This document shows, in pieces, positions 26,957 to 39,431 of a DNA stretch of 64,000 nt. Origin of the DNA: Eledone cirrhosa (lineage: Eukaryota); assembly GCA_964016885.1 (NCBI GenBank), contig OZ024740.1, forward strand, positions 115,382,001-115,446,000, read 5' to 3'. A program made the position numbers and the translations under genes. Under the pieces are notes generated by a model. That model did no database searches. It was not told the origin of the DNA and saw only the letters and a list, made by a program, of their open reading frames with translations. Position 1 is the first letter of the stretch, and each line of letters opens with the position of its first letter.

Positions 26957-27762
26957 AGGGCGGGTAGAATTCTCGAGATCCATGGACGAGTTCTCTCCAG
27001 CGGTCTCTGTCCCTCATTATCGCTGCCATGTCCTACGTCTCCAACATTGCCATCATTTTGATGCTGTATGCATGTACATATATATATGTCTGTCCTTAGG
27101 GCATCAACATACGTTAACTTTGGTCTTCCTCTTCCAGTGTGTCCATGTAGGGGCTCCAACAGGAGCACTGAGTGCAATGTCAACTCTGGATGTCGGTGAG
27201 CATGTCCAGCTAACCTCAGTCTCCTCTGTGTCACTTTTGAGCTGACTTTTGCCGACGACATAGTTTTGGTGAGGAATACAGTGAAGGAGATAGAAGATTT
27301 GATGCGAGAGGTTGAGACTGTGTCGATGAGTGTGGGGCTGAGAATGAATGAGACTAAAACAAAATATCTGGTAGAGAATGTTGAGAAGCCAGATGGGATC
27401 ACTAATGTAGGCGGGAAGCCGCTAGAATTGGTTGAGGGCTTCCTATATTTGGGAGCAAAGATTGGGAATACGGAAGATGATGTGGTTGAGAGGAAGAGCA
27501 AAGCCTGGGCGGCGTGCCACAGCTTGAGATCGATGTGGAAGTCGGACCTTCGTAAAGACCTGAAAGTCCGCCTCTTCATTGCTGTAGTGGAGTCTGTGCT
27601 GCTGTACGGGTCTGAGACTTGGACACTGACCAAGAAACTCACTCAGATGGTGGATGGGTGCTACACGAGAATGTTGAGGATGGCTCTGAACATTAATTAG
27701 TATACACTGAGGATGAAAAACTCAGAGCTGTATGGGAGCCTCGCAAAAGTCAGCTCAAAGTC
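26957..27762 (-). mobile_element. RTE-type LINE 3' fragment with an inverted 5' segment
   Basis: + strand 27241-27762: LTFADDIVL...[10 protein letters not shown]...FLYLGAKI...[10 protein letters not shown]...AKVSSKV. - strand 27252-26957 continues [21 protein letters not shown]...[10 protein letters not shown]...RDRWRE. Another tail fragment at 63314-63391. Confidence 0.9.
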
Positions 27763-27794
27763 ATATGTATATATATATATATATATATACATAT

Positions 27795-28620
27795 GCCAAC
27801 GGGGCACTCTCAAAAGAAACATTAAAAACAAGTGGCGTTCCTCAGAGAACCGTCTTTGAACCATTACAGTTGGTGGTAGCTCTCTCAGGTATGCCCTCTA
27901 AAATACAGTCAACCTCCTTCCCTATCTATCCCGATGACACGAAAGTAGTACAGTCAATCAAAACACCTGTTGATGCTACTCTCTTACAACAGGATTTAAA
28001 TGCCATATAGAAATGGCCTGAGGACAACAATATGCAATTTTATGCCGGAAAATATCAAGCCCTCTACTATCAACCTGCTGTCTCAAGGCCACGGCAACAA
28101 AGCTACACCGGACCATCAATACGGGACATGGGTATTGACATGAGCAATGATACATCGTTCCATGCATACATCATCAATGTGCAGGCGACTGGCAGGTAGC
28201 CTTTTGAGGACAAGGGACCCGGCAGCCATTCTAGTCTTCTAGAGGTCTTTTATCTTCAGCACAGCGGACTCTTGTTCTCAGCTGTGGTTCCCCCACAGCG
28301 TCAAACTAACCACAGAAATTAAAGCTATCCAAAGAAGCTACATACACATGGTTGCCTCAATGAAGGAGATAAGCTACGGGAAGATGCTGAAAAAAATAAA
28401 GCACTATACACTATATTCTGGAGCGAAAACGGGTGATATACGCAGTGATAGATCCTGAAAAGGTTAGTACACCATTTCGGCAATGAGAGCTGAACACCAT
28501 TGTGTAGTGTAAAACGTCTGATTCTTCAGATCAAGAATAAAAACCGGATACTTCAATAGCATGGGGTTCAAAGGCCTCCAACTATTTAATAAGCTCCATT
28601 TTGCATCAATGGTCAACCAG
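27795..28620 (+). mobile_element. Degenerate CR1/Jockey-group LINE reverse-transcriptase fragment
   Basis: SGVPQRTVFEPL...YPDDTKV...LLQQDLNAI*KW..DNNMQF corresponds to decayed SGVPQGxVLGP/YADD/LQxDL motifs. Confidence 0.8.
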
Positions 28621-28836
28621 GGAAGGCTGGGTATAGAAAGTATAGCGTCAACAGAGGTGACATGCTGTGGACTCAGCCAATCGACTGGAACACGTAAAAT
28701 ATGTATATATATATATATAACGAAGGAAATGTGGTAAGGAACCAGGTGGACCATAACGCACCAAAGTACTCAATACTTGTGGTAGTAGAGTGGGTAATAG
28801 GAACCAGTAAGACCCCCAAATGGGGTCTTACTGGTT

Positions 28837-28891
<55 letters not shown>

Positions 28892-29269
28892 ATAGATTAA
28901 CGGAGCCATAGACTCTCGCTATTCCCTGTCGATAATGTGCTCAAAGGAGAAGAAATCCTGAGCTCTTTAAAATACAATATGTTGAAAAGGTAACACACTA
29001 TCTCTCTCTAGTGTGTTACCTTTTCAACATATTGTATATATATATATATATATATATATTATTATTATTATTATTATTATTGTTACTATATATATATATA
29101 TACATATATACATATATATACATATATACATGAGTCCCGGGTTCAATCGGGGGTGACCACAGTAAGTAAGGTGCTCCATACATTAGTAGAGTATATACAA
29201 AATTTCATATGGAAATAGCTGCTACTGAAACAGTTCTAGTCCTGTAGAAGCCATGTCTATATTAAATGT

Positions 29270-29336
<67 letters not shown>

Positions 29337-30419
29337 ATAATAATAAAATTGAAGACTAAAATCCAGAGAGGGCTCGATAAGGAAAATATATATCAAATAT
29401 ATAAGAACCGAAGAGCAAATATTTATTAAAATAACAGATTAAAGTTTAAGCAAAGAATCGCTGCTTTCACCCTTAACGGGATCTTCTGAAACTAACAAAG
29501 TCAATCTGTAAACGCAGAACTGGATATTTCAAAAAACGTTGCAACCGGAGGAAGACAGGAAGACGATACTTTGGTTCATGGTGACGTTCGCTGGCAAAGA
29601 ACGGGAAAAAACGAATAATACGTCATTAATAGGAACGGTGAAAAACAATTACGTGCAAGGACAGAACCACGTTTATGGTATAAAAGAGGTCGTAGACTAA
29701 TGTTCTCTAAATGGTGCATAGAGACGTTCTCTGGCAATGAACGAAAAAACGAAGATAATAAGTCATATGTGGAGCGTGGAGAACAATAGCGTGCAAAGAC
29801 AAAACCACGTAAATGGTATAGCAGAAGTCGTAGACTAAAATTCTAACTAGGAGACCGAATGAATCTCCGCTACAGAGTTAAGAACAAAGTAAATAAATAC
29901 AATACAGAAGTAATAGGAACAAATAAATACATACACGCAAACAGATACGTACATACACAAGCATACGCAAAACCTTACCATAGGTATACAAAGCCACGCA
30001 CATATAAATATGTGTATGTGTGTATGCTTGTGTACAAATAAATAAATAATTATATAAACGTATATAAGTAAATAAATACGTATATAACAAGCGCACACAC
30101 ATACCTACAAATAAATACATGAAGTTTCGGAGACGTAAGTCAACTAAAACAAGAAGTACACATAAACACACACCCACCATACGTACGAACCTGCATACTC
30201 ACGCAGACGCAAAACTCCCATATACACATAACCAAGCCCTAAATACCAGAATATGTAAACATTATACGCCAAAACAGTCAAATATACGTACGAGAAGGTA
30301 TACATACCTTCACAAAACATACGGGTAATATATACTTACCTATGCAAATAAGTAAAGGAATAAACAAAACATATACTTAGCTCCCACATCAAGACGTAAA
30401 TATCCACGTATAGATCGTG

Positions 30420-30671
30420 CTATCCGTTAGGGTATAACGTAGGGCTGTAATACAGGAAAGTTTTGTGCAATTTATGTTTAGAAGCCGAAATTGCCTCAGA
30501 TTTTTTGTTTAAGATGTGGTCTGTGGCGTGGAGTATTTCCAGAGCCTCAGCGGCGCAGAGGTCACATGGTCTTTTATTTCCGTTATACGATCTAGCCCTA
30601 GCTAGGATCTCCCAGTGTAACTTATATTGGGTGTGGTTGTCTTTTAGACTCCAGATATAAGCTGAAAGTGA
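30420..30671 (-). pseudogene. C-terminal fragment of a PLE GIY-YIG endonuclease
   Basis: SLSAYIWSLKD...YKLHWEIL..ARSY....CDLC..E...I......LNKKSE.IS...H pattern. The ORF's first ~15 aa come from the inverted arm. Confidence 0.75.
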
Positions 30672-30925
30672 CGAACGTTCATTGCCAGAGAACGTCTCTA
30701 TGCACCATTTAGAGAACATTAGTCTACGACCTCTTTTATACCATAAACGTGGTTCTGTCCTTGCACGTAATTGTCTTTCACCGCTCCTATTAATGACGTA
30801 TTATTCGTTTTTTCCCGTTCTTTGCCAGCGAACGTCACCATGAACCAAAGTATCGTCTTCCTGTCTTCCTCCGGTTGCAACGTTTTTTGAAATATCCAGT
30901 TCTGCGTTTACAGATTGACTTTGTT

Positions 30926-30976
30926 AGTTTCAGAAGATCCCGTTAAGGGTGAAAGCAGCGATTCTTTGCTTAAACT
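30926..30976 (+). ncRNA. Hammerhead-like motif with CAGAAGA (U4A) core
   Basis: agttt-CAGAAGA-tccc gttaa gggt-GAAA-gca...tgc-TT-aaact; the same core is present in all family C copies. Confidence 0.5.
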
Positions 30977-30992
30977 TTAATCTGTTATTTTA

Positions 30993-31063
<71 letters not shown>

Positions 31064-31081
31064 CATGCATACATATATACA

Positions 31082-31135
<54 letters not shown>

Positions 31136-31320
31136 TAATTTAATATATCAACTAACATAAGCGCACAGATGCACGCCCATGCCAGCAAATACACAGGTTA
31201 TGTCATAGTACCTAGGTGGTTCAATGCAGGAGAATGCAGAACAATAATATAAAGGACGTAAAATAAGAAAATATTTTTTTAAAAAAATTAAAAAAAAATT
31301 TTTTTCTTACTTAAATTTTC

Positions 31321-31402
31321 ACTCCAACTAATTAGTTTCTGCAATGGGATAAAGACAGTTATGTAATCCAACTGTCGAGAATTCATTGCGTCATCAGGAA
31401 GT
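31321..31402 (-). ncRNA. Type I hammerhead ribozyme (family F)
   Basis: acttc-CTGATGA-c gcaatg...cattgc a-GAAA-ctaattag-TT-ggagt. Confidence 0.8.
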
Positions 31403-31456
31403 CTATTCTCAGTTAAGTCTCCAGGCAATGCGCGGACACTGATATATATATATATA

Positions 31457-31524
<68 letters not shown>

Positions 31525-31562
31525 TATATATATATATATATATGTATATAAATAATAATTAT

Positions 31563-32190
31563 ATGGTGGCTGCCAACTCGTTTTCGAGTACGGCCACTAC
31601 TTTATATCCATGTAGGAGAACCCCTACCGATGCGCTGAACGAGTGTGACATTTTAGTCCAGCCAGCAACTTGAAAACTTTGGTACAAACACTACACTTGT
31701 GACAATTATTGACACATAGTGCTGGGCCCATGGTACCATGTGACGACAAGTGCAGAGAGATCTCCAGATATAAAGCAATGCCTGTGTCGTGAAGCTTTTA
31801 TAGTGAACAAAGGCACTGCACAAAGCCAGTCCCACTCTCTTAACCAAGATGATATTTACCAAAAAGATGAACAAGTCAACATCATTGGATACCATCAGGG
31901 TTGCAGGTGTTATATCAGAGTTTTCCTTCTCCTAGAATTCTGCCTTGACAAAGGCTAAGGGGTCATCTCTCCCGGCGATTTTGGATGGCCATTGACTCTT
32001 AAGAGCTCCTTTGCCCTTTGACAGGTTTTGCTTTTAGTCCTGCAGGATATCCAAAGTCCATCTCCTCACCAAGAAACCTTGGTGGGTTTGCCAGTTTAGT
32101 CGCCAACGCCCCGACCATGAGACAGGTTTTACTGGGATACATGTTACCAGTAGCACCAACTGGTGACCTGACATCCTCCCGTTCGCTGGG
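31563..32190 (-). mobile_element. Non-autonomous RTE-5'UTR-derived element
   Basis: Homologous ends to 1767-2326 and 56527-56810. Confidence 0.55.
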
Positions 32191-32732
32191 AAAACGGTTT
32201 TCATTCTTTCTAACATCGGATGCACTAGCGGAAGGTCTGTTTTCTGACTCGCTCATATATTCACACAGCTTATGCTGAAAGAATAACTATGTTGCTTGTG
32301 TTTATTTCCATCTTCGGTTAGCTTCCCCCTGTGTTGTTTACTTGTCTCACTCGCTTTACGCGTTTCTATTGTCCTAATAACTTATTTTAGTTATTATCGC
32401 TCCAGCGTGAGGTATATGATTTTTAATGCGATGAAATACCCATGATCGTTTGGTAAATCACTGATGAGGGACTCATTTTATAACATGTTATCCATGTGCA
32501 ACCAGCAGTATTCTTCTCACCCATATTTTCATATATATATATACATACATACATACATACATACATACATACATACATACATACATACATAAATAGGTAT
32601 ATACATTATACATGCGGAGAGATTATATATATACATACATACATACACACCCACATACATGCATACACACACACAAACACACACACATACATTCATACAC
32701 ACATACACTCTCCCACACACACACATGCATAC

Positions 32733-32787
<55 letters not shown>

Positions 32788-33318
32788 GAAGATGTCTCTA
32801 GAATTATGGATACATACATTTCATGCCTACATATAGCAATGTAATGAAGCGTGTAATATTTTCCAACTAGATTATTCCTGATTCTCTCTTCCACCTCTGC
32901 TTTCTTCTTATGCCATATTTTTGCAAATCGTTCCCTTTGCTGCATTTTCCGCCTAATTTCTACTTAGTTTTCGTTGCATATATTCCAATATTCTTCATTG
33001 CTACAAGCACCATTTCTCCCATCAACGCCATCATCATCATCACCAACAAACTATCTATGTATATAGATATAGCAATGACAAAGTAATGTGTAAAGATGTC
33101 TTGTGTGTTGCTATGCATTAATCATGCGCTGTATCACTTAACTTGTTAATCTGAGATTAAGTCATGTCACCAACTTTTAAGGCCGTCTCTGATACAAATT
33201 GAAAAATAATAACATGGTGTTCGTTTCATCTCGCTCCTATGCATAGGTGTATGATTGGGTTGGTCAAGACTAGGCTATATGGATATATATGTATAGATGA
33301 GTGTATATGTGTAATGTG

Positions 33319-33391
<73 letters not shown>

Positions 33392-33394
<3 letters not shown>

Positions 33395-33546
33395 AAAAGA
33401 GTCAGGACCCCGACAGCTGAGCTCTGGGCGTTTCGACAGCGAGAGTCGGGGTCCTGACTCTTTTCCTATTACCCACTCTACTGCGCCAAGTATCAAGTAC
33501 TGTGGTGCGTTATGGTCCACGTGGTTCCTTACCACACTTCCTTCGT
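33392..33546. mobile_element. Fold-back mini-element, family D
   Basis: taggaaaagagtcaggaccccgac inverted arms plus tail. Relatives at 6750, 11212, 28720, 45274, 49520, 55155, 58700 and 58820. Retains a hammerhead 3' half (GAAAC ggc...gcc GTC gggg at 49578-49604). Confidence 0.7.
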
Positions 33547-33551
33547 ATATG

Positions 33552-33621
<70 letters not shown>

Positions 33622-34635
33622 ATTCAAGGAGACAACAAACAGAAGTACAAAAGGTCTTATTAGCTTCACGCTTTATATTGGAAAGAAGAAAGATGTGTTG
33701 GGCTTAAGCCCTTCTTCAGTAGTACAAAATAGAGATAGGACACAAAGGAGAAACAGAAAAAAGGTCAAAGTATAGAAATATATATATATAGTGGAACCTA
33801 AATTTACGAACTTAATTCGTTCATGAAGGCCGTTTGTCACTCGAAATATTGAGAGAGAAATACAATGAAAGAGACTGTGTGTGAAAAAACAAATAGGTAT
33901 CACCATAGTAACTAACTACAGGAAATAACGCTTTTCCGCAGATACTCCAAGCTTTGTTGCCGCCTTGCATGTTCGTTACTCGAGACACTATTCGTTAACC
34001 GAGGGATTTTATGTTCAGAAAGCTTGTTCGTCGAAAGAGCAAGAGCTGAACTGTTGGGCCCGGACTCTCTCTAATATATACATTACATATATATACATTA
34101 TATACATATATATAAATCTAAAGTCTGCCTTAAACCATTTAAGGCTCGTTAGGCCAGTACTTATCCCGGTTTCATGGCATGAAGCGACTGAGAGTACAAG
34201 ACTTTCCCCTGGACAGAACGCCAGACCATCGCAGGGTTAAACTCTCAGCTATTGCTGGTACTCATTTTCAGCTGAGTATACTGGAGCATCGTTAAATGAA
34301 GTGTTTTGCTTAAGAACACAACACACAACCCAGCCCAGGAATCGAACCCATGACATTATGATCGTAAGTCCCACACCCTTACCACTAGGCCACTCCTTAT
34401 GATGTTACTCTGGAATTTCACCGTGTCTGATAATCCTGTGAGTACACGGGTGAAGTTCCAGAGTAACAAGACTCGCCACTTAACCATAATAAAAAAATAT
34501 GTGTGTAATGTTGGTTTCTCTATTTCATTTTTAAAATACAAATGCGTATCTACAAATTTTAAACTCATTCGCATACATATACATGCGCACACACTCACGT
34601 AGACACCCTCACATACACACACACGCGTGCGCGCG

Positions 34636-34666
<31 letters not shown>

Positions 34667-35095
34667 TTACACACACAACACACACACACACACAACACAC
34701 TCACACACACAAATATACACACACATGCTCGCAGTCCATTAATTCCTTACGTTTCAGTTGTTAAATTGATATTAATTATGGCTTATACTTATCAAAAAGA
34801 GTGGATCTGTAACCTCTTAAAGAATGGATATTGTTTGAGGCAAGTATTACAACGTAACATAAGTAGTCTCTCAACACATGGGAGCGAGAATTAAAAACAG
34901 AAAGAGTCAGCATGCTTGTGTGTGTGTGTGTGTGTGTGTTTTAGAAATTTGATAAATATTCTTATTTATGTGCATATATGAACAGAAATATGTCTTAATA
35001 GTTAAAGTGATTTATTCTTGGTAACTTCATAAGCTCTATTCGAGTTTTCTCAAGAGATCTACACCTCCTCCCCCCATATATCTATATATATAAAC

Positions 35096-35170
<75 letters not shown>

Positions 35171-35605
35171 TTATATATATATAAAGAACAAAATGAGGTT
35201 TCAAATTGAGATCTCAATAGATTATGCACAGTTACAACCGTTCCAAAGATGGGTGGCTCAGGATTCATGTAAATACTGTAGAACTGACTTCAGCCCGATT
35301 TGCTCATCAGACTTGTTAATCAAGCAAAACCAATATATGCATATTGTTTATATCTGTGTGTGTGGGGGGGGGGGGGGGTAATTTGTAATTTACTTGAAGC
35401 ATTGTATAATCTGCCCGGCCAGCATGGTGTAGCAAGCCGCACCGGATACTGGAATAGTTCCATAATTTTCCTCGGAAGAAGAGATATTAATCTCGAAATA
35501 ACAGGACATATGAATAAATTAAGGTAAAAGAACACTCCTCGTTTCTTACGACATAATTAATTATTTATTCGTCCAATTCACATCGCATGGCTTTCGAACT
35601 TCGAA

Positions 35606-35667
<62 letters not shown>

Positions 35668-36352
35668 ATACTTTGGGAGGGTCATGTTGCCAATAAGAAA
35701 CACACGCACCAGTTGCTTTCACTTCAATTTATTATAATAAATTTATAAATTTAGGAATTTATAAATTTATAAATTTCTGGTTGGTTGGTTGGTTCCACAA
35801 CCAGATAGTTGTTTATATATTGTCAAAGTTCTTTCGTCACACATTCTGTGACCTCTTCAGTGACTGAGGATTCTTTTCTTTGTTTTTGTGCCTCTCCTTT
35901 GTTCTGTCCTACGCCATTTTGTTTCTGTGTGTGTGTTGTGCGCTCAGTCTGCGCATGCGCCACATCCGGGTGTCTGTGTGTGTTTATATTCGTTTATTTA
36001 TTTGTTTATTTACATGTTACCGGTTGGTTGTTTGTTCTATGTGTGTGTGTGTTTTCATTTTGTCCTTAATTGTAAGTTGTGATGTTGATGTTCCACTCAT
36101 ATTTTCTATTTAATTTTGGTTGTAATTCTTTTATGTTTATTGCCTCTGTGATTTGTCTAAATATTGCGTCTTTTCTGTGTGTAGATTCTATTTTTATGTC
36201 TATGTTCTCTAATTTACCCTTATGTTCTATTTTAGCATGTTGGTAGAGTACAGATGATTCTTTACTATCTTGAAGGTCTCGCCAGTGTTCATTTATCCGT
36301 TCCCCTACACTACGAGCTGTCTCACCTATGTACACTATATTTTTATCTCTAC

Positions 36353-37759
36353 TGTCCTACTCCCTCTCCCTGATCATACGCCCCATCATTGAAATGTCCC
36401 CAGATGTATGTGACAGCACGGAGGACCTCCTCAGCAGAATCGGCGAGAGTAACCGATCTAGGGACCTAACAAACTGCATAATAGGTAGTATGGATGTTGT
36501 GTCCCTGTATCCATCTATTGACGTGGATTTTGCTGTGGAGAAATGCGTAGAAATGATCAGTGAGAGAAATGTTGAGTTCCGTGGGATTGATACCAGTGAG
36601 CTGGGACTCCTATTTAAACTTACCTATAGTAATAATTACCTAGACACATATGACCTTAGCAACCTGTGCCCTACAAGACCAGCAAGAGGCAGACCACCTA
36701 CCATTACCTCAATGGCCAAGAAAACCCACACAGATAGATGGAATGGGTGGACCAGAGCCATACGGACACCCGAAAACCACGATGAACTGAAGAAAATGAT
36801 TGCACATGCAGTAGGGGCCAGCATAAAACTAACCCTTAAGGAACATATGTTCAAATTTAATGGAAAAACATATGCCCAAGAGGAAGGAGCAGCCATTGGT
36901 GTTAGCATTGCAGGCGACATAGCTAACTTATTCATGGTATGGTGGGACAGTAGACTCAAACTTAAACTTAAAGAACAATTAGAAGACCCCTTAACCCTGA
37001 TAATGTACTCCCGCTACGTTGATGATATAAACATCGTAGTTAAGACACCCCCACTAGAGAACAGTCAGGAACTAGAGAAAAACACAATGGAAAGCATCCA
37101 GCAAATAGCTAACTCCATCCACCAGAGTATTAAAGTTACTATAGACTACCCAAGTAAACACCCCAACCATCGATTACCTGTACTAGACACAGAGCTCTGG
37201 TTAGATACCATTAATAACAAAAAACAAATCCTCCATTCCCATTATGCCAACCCATGACTTCCAAACATCTGATCCACCGAAACTCGGCTGTTTCGGACCA
37301 TACCAAAATCAACATACTGATTGCGGATTTGGTACGGGTGATGAGAAACGTGTCCCGCATGTGCAACCCCGAAGAACTAGAGAGACACATACAACATTTC
37401 ATCCACCGTATGCAGTTCTCTGGTTACAATCAGAGAGATAAAATCAGAGTGTATAGAGGAGCCAGAACCAAATGGGAAAAAATGGTAAATAATGACACAA
37501 ATGGGACCTGCCCTTTGTATAGGAGCAAATTTTGGAATAGAATAGAAAGAACTAAGAATAAGGCTAATAGAATAAACTCATGGTATGATAGCAATAAATA
37601 CCAGAGTGTAATGTTCATCGATACAACCCCTAGAGGTGAATTAGCTTACAAATTTAGAAGGGCCCTAGATAAACATAAACTCAATATTAAGATAGTAGAA
37701 AGACCAGGTACCTCCGTAAAAACACTTAATAGCAAGACATACCCTTTTCAAAGACCCCC
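36353..37759 (+). pseudogene. PLE reverse transcriptase (core plus thumb), N-terminally truncated, one frameshift near 37250
   Basis: GSMDVVSLYPSI, QEEGAAIG..IAGDIANLFMVWWD, RYVDD, DYPSKH...LPVLD, YA(K)PMTS, SGY motifs. Confidence 0.93.
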
Positions 37760-38143
37760 TGTATAGATAAGAAATGTATAACCTGTAAAATAAGCCCCCA
37801 TATTAACTGTAAAACTAGAAATGTAGTGTATAGCATAAGATGTACTGAAGGACAATGTAGAGACAAAAATATAGTGTACATAGGTGAGACAGCTCGTAGT
37901 GTAGGGGAACGGATAAATGAACACTGGCGAGACCTTCAAGATAGTAAAGAATCATCTGTACTCTACCAACATGCTAAAATAGAACATAAGGGTAAATTAG
38001 AGAACATAGAAATAAAAATAGAATCTACACACAGAAAAGACGCAATGTTTAGACAAATCACAGAGGCAATAAACATAAAAGAATTACAACCAAAATTAGA
38101 TAGAAAATATGAGTGGAACATCAACATCACAACTTACAATTAA
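37760..38143 (+). pseudogene. Cys-rich linker plus GIY-YIG endonuclease
   Basis: CIDKKCITC.....NC..RNVVYSIRC....C......YIGETARS..ER..EH...H....H...RQITEA..I; out of frame with the RT by one base in the C-run at 37755-37759. Confidence 0.93.
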
Positions 38144-38344
38144 GGACAAAATGAAAACACACACACACATAGAACAAACAACCAACCGGTAACATGTAAA
38201 TAAAGAAATAAATAAACGAATATAAACACACACAGACACCCGGATGTGGCGCATGCGCAGACTGAGCACACAACACACACACAGAAACAAAATGGCGTAG
38301 GACAGAACAAAGGTGAGGCACAAAAACAAAGAAAAGAATCCCCA

Positions 38345-38387
38345 GTCACTGAAGAGGTCACAGAATGTGTGACGAAAGAACTTTGAC
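38345..38387 (+). ncRNA. Minimal type I hammerhead in the pLTR
   Basis: gtca-CTGAAGA-g gtcac...gtgac-GAAA-gaac-TT-tgac. Copies at 35822-35864 (-), 42417-42459 (-) and 42613-42655 (+). Confidence 0.85.
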
Positions 38388-38585
38388 AATATATAAACAA
38401 CTATCTGGTGGTGGAACCAATCAACCAACCAGAAATTTATAAATTTATAAATTCCTAAATTTATAAATTTATTATAATAAATTGAAGTGAAAGCATGGTG
38501 CGTGTGTTTCTTATTGTCAACATGACCCTCCCAAAGTATAACAATATCGGTTTCAACACACGATTTCAGATAAAGAATCTTGCTA

Positions 38586-38669
<84 letters not shown>

Positions 38670-38674
38670 TATAT

Positions 38675-39101
38675 TTCGCTCTACATGGGTGAATACAATA
38701 AATGTAATCTGAGTTTTTCGAATATTAATAATAACATTCGATTCGTTTGCAATTATGCAAACAAGCCTCATGTTTAAAGCCATGACAGTAGAACATCGCT
38801 CGAATACAGGAAACTGACTGACCAGTCTTCTGATAAGTGGATCTGCTAATATGCAAATCAGGCCAATCAGTCACTGTATATTTTAGAAAATAGCATATAT
38901 TTTCACTAGCTCTGACAATTGGCAGGTGAACAGTGAGCTGTACTGGTGAAGGCTGATACCCAGAAACATTAGTGTCTGCAGTTCTGTTTACATGCCAACA
39001 CAAGAGCAAGAATGAAGGGTTCATTCAACTGATATGGCTTTAAAAATGAGGCTTGTTTGCATAATTTCAAACGAATCGAATGTTATTATTAATATTCGAA
39101 A

Positions 39102-39104
<3 letters not shown>
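38675..39104. mobile_element. Fold-back mini-element with an internal hammerhead-like motif (38935-38984)
   Basis: Arms ~38712-38783 and 39034-39104. gagctgta-CTGgTGA-agg...ccca-GAAA-cattagtg-TC-tgcagttc, 8-bp stem I. Confidence 0.7.
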
Positions 39105-39136
<32 letters not shown>

Positions 39137-39139
<3 letters not shown>

Positions 39140-39380
39140 GTAGAACACTGGAAGGTAATATCCGTAGTGGTAGAGCACTCAGTCCATGGGAGGAGTTAGG
39201 TAGAAGTGGTTACACAAGAGTTAGATCACCATACCGAGAACAATTGTTTCACTTTAGCGGATCCTCAGCACGTAATGGACATGGTTATACGGAACAGTAT
39301 AACCATGTTCATTACGAGCTGAGGTCCGCTAAGTTGAAACAATTGTTCTCGGTATGGTGAACTAACTGTTGTGTAACCAC

Positions 39381-39385
<5 letters not shown>
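39137..39385. mobile_element. Fold-back mini-element with a hammerhead in both arms
   Basis: Palindrome 39201-39385. Consensus cgag-CTGAGGA-tccgctaa(a)gt-GAAA-caattg-TT-ctcg (39315-39351 +, 39235-39272 -). Confidence 0.75.

Positions 39386-39424
<39 letters not shown>

Positions 39425-39431
<7 letters not shown>

Larger units (their letters stand above)
29334..30998 (-). mobile_element. 5'-truncated Penelope-like element (family C) with inverted terminal arm
   Basis: 29419-29744 is inverted relative to 30672-30998. Tail 29334-29418. Body carries an endonuclease C-terminus. Embedded in (TA)n. Confidence 0.85.
35661..38591 (+). mobile_element. 5'-truncated Penelope-like retroelement (Naiad-type) with inverted pseudo-LTR
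   Basis: 35661-36352 is the reverse complement of ~37858-38547. Contains RT, Cys linker, C-terminal GIY-YIG, a hammerhead and a short 3' tail. Flanked by (TA)n. Confidence 0.95.

Noticed and set aside
33690-33725. Hammerhead-like CTGAAGA-agggc ttaa gccc on the - strand
   Set aside because: GAAA and stem I are lost; at best a decayed copy. Similar partial motifs near 1560, 4925, 41680 and 46630 were also not called.
37255-37257. TGA as a selenocysteine codon in the Naiad-type ORF
   Set aside because: The protein continues in another frame (KPM motif), so this is a frameshift rather than read-through.
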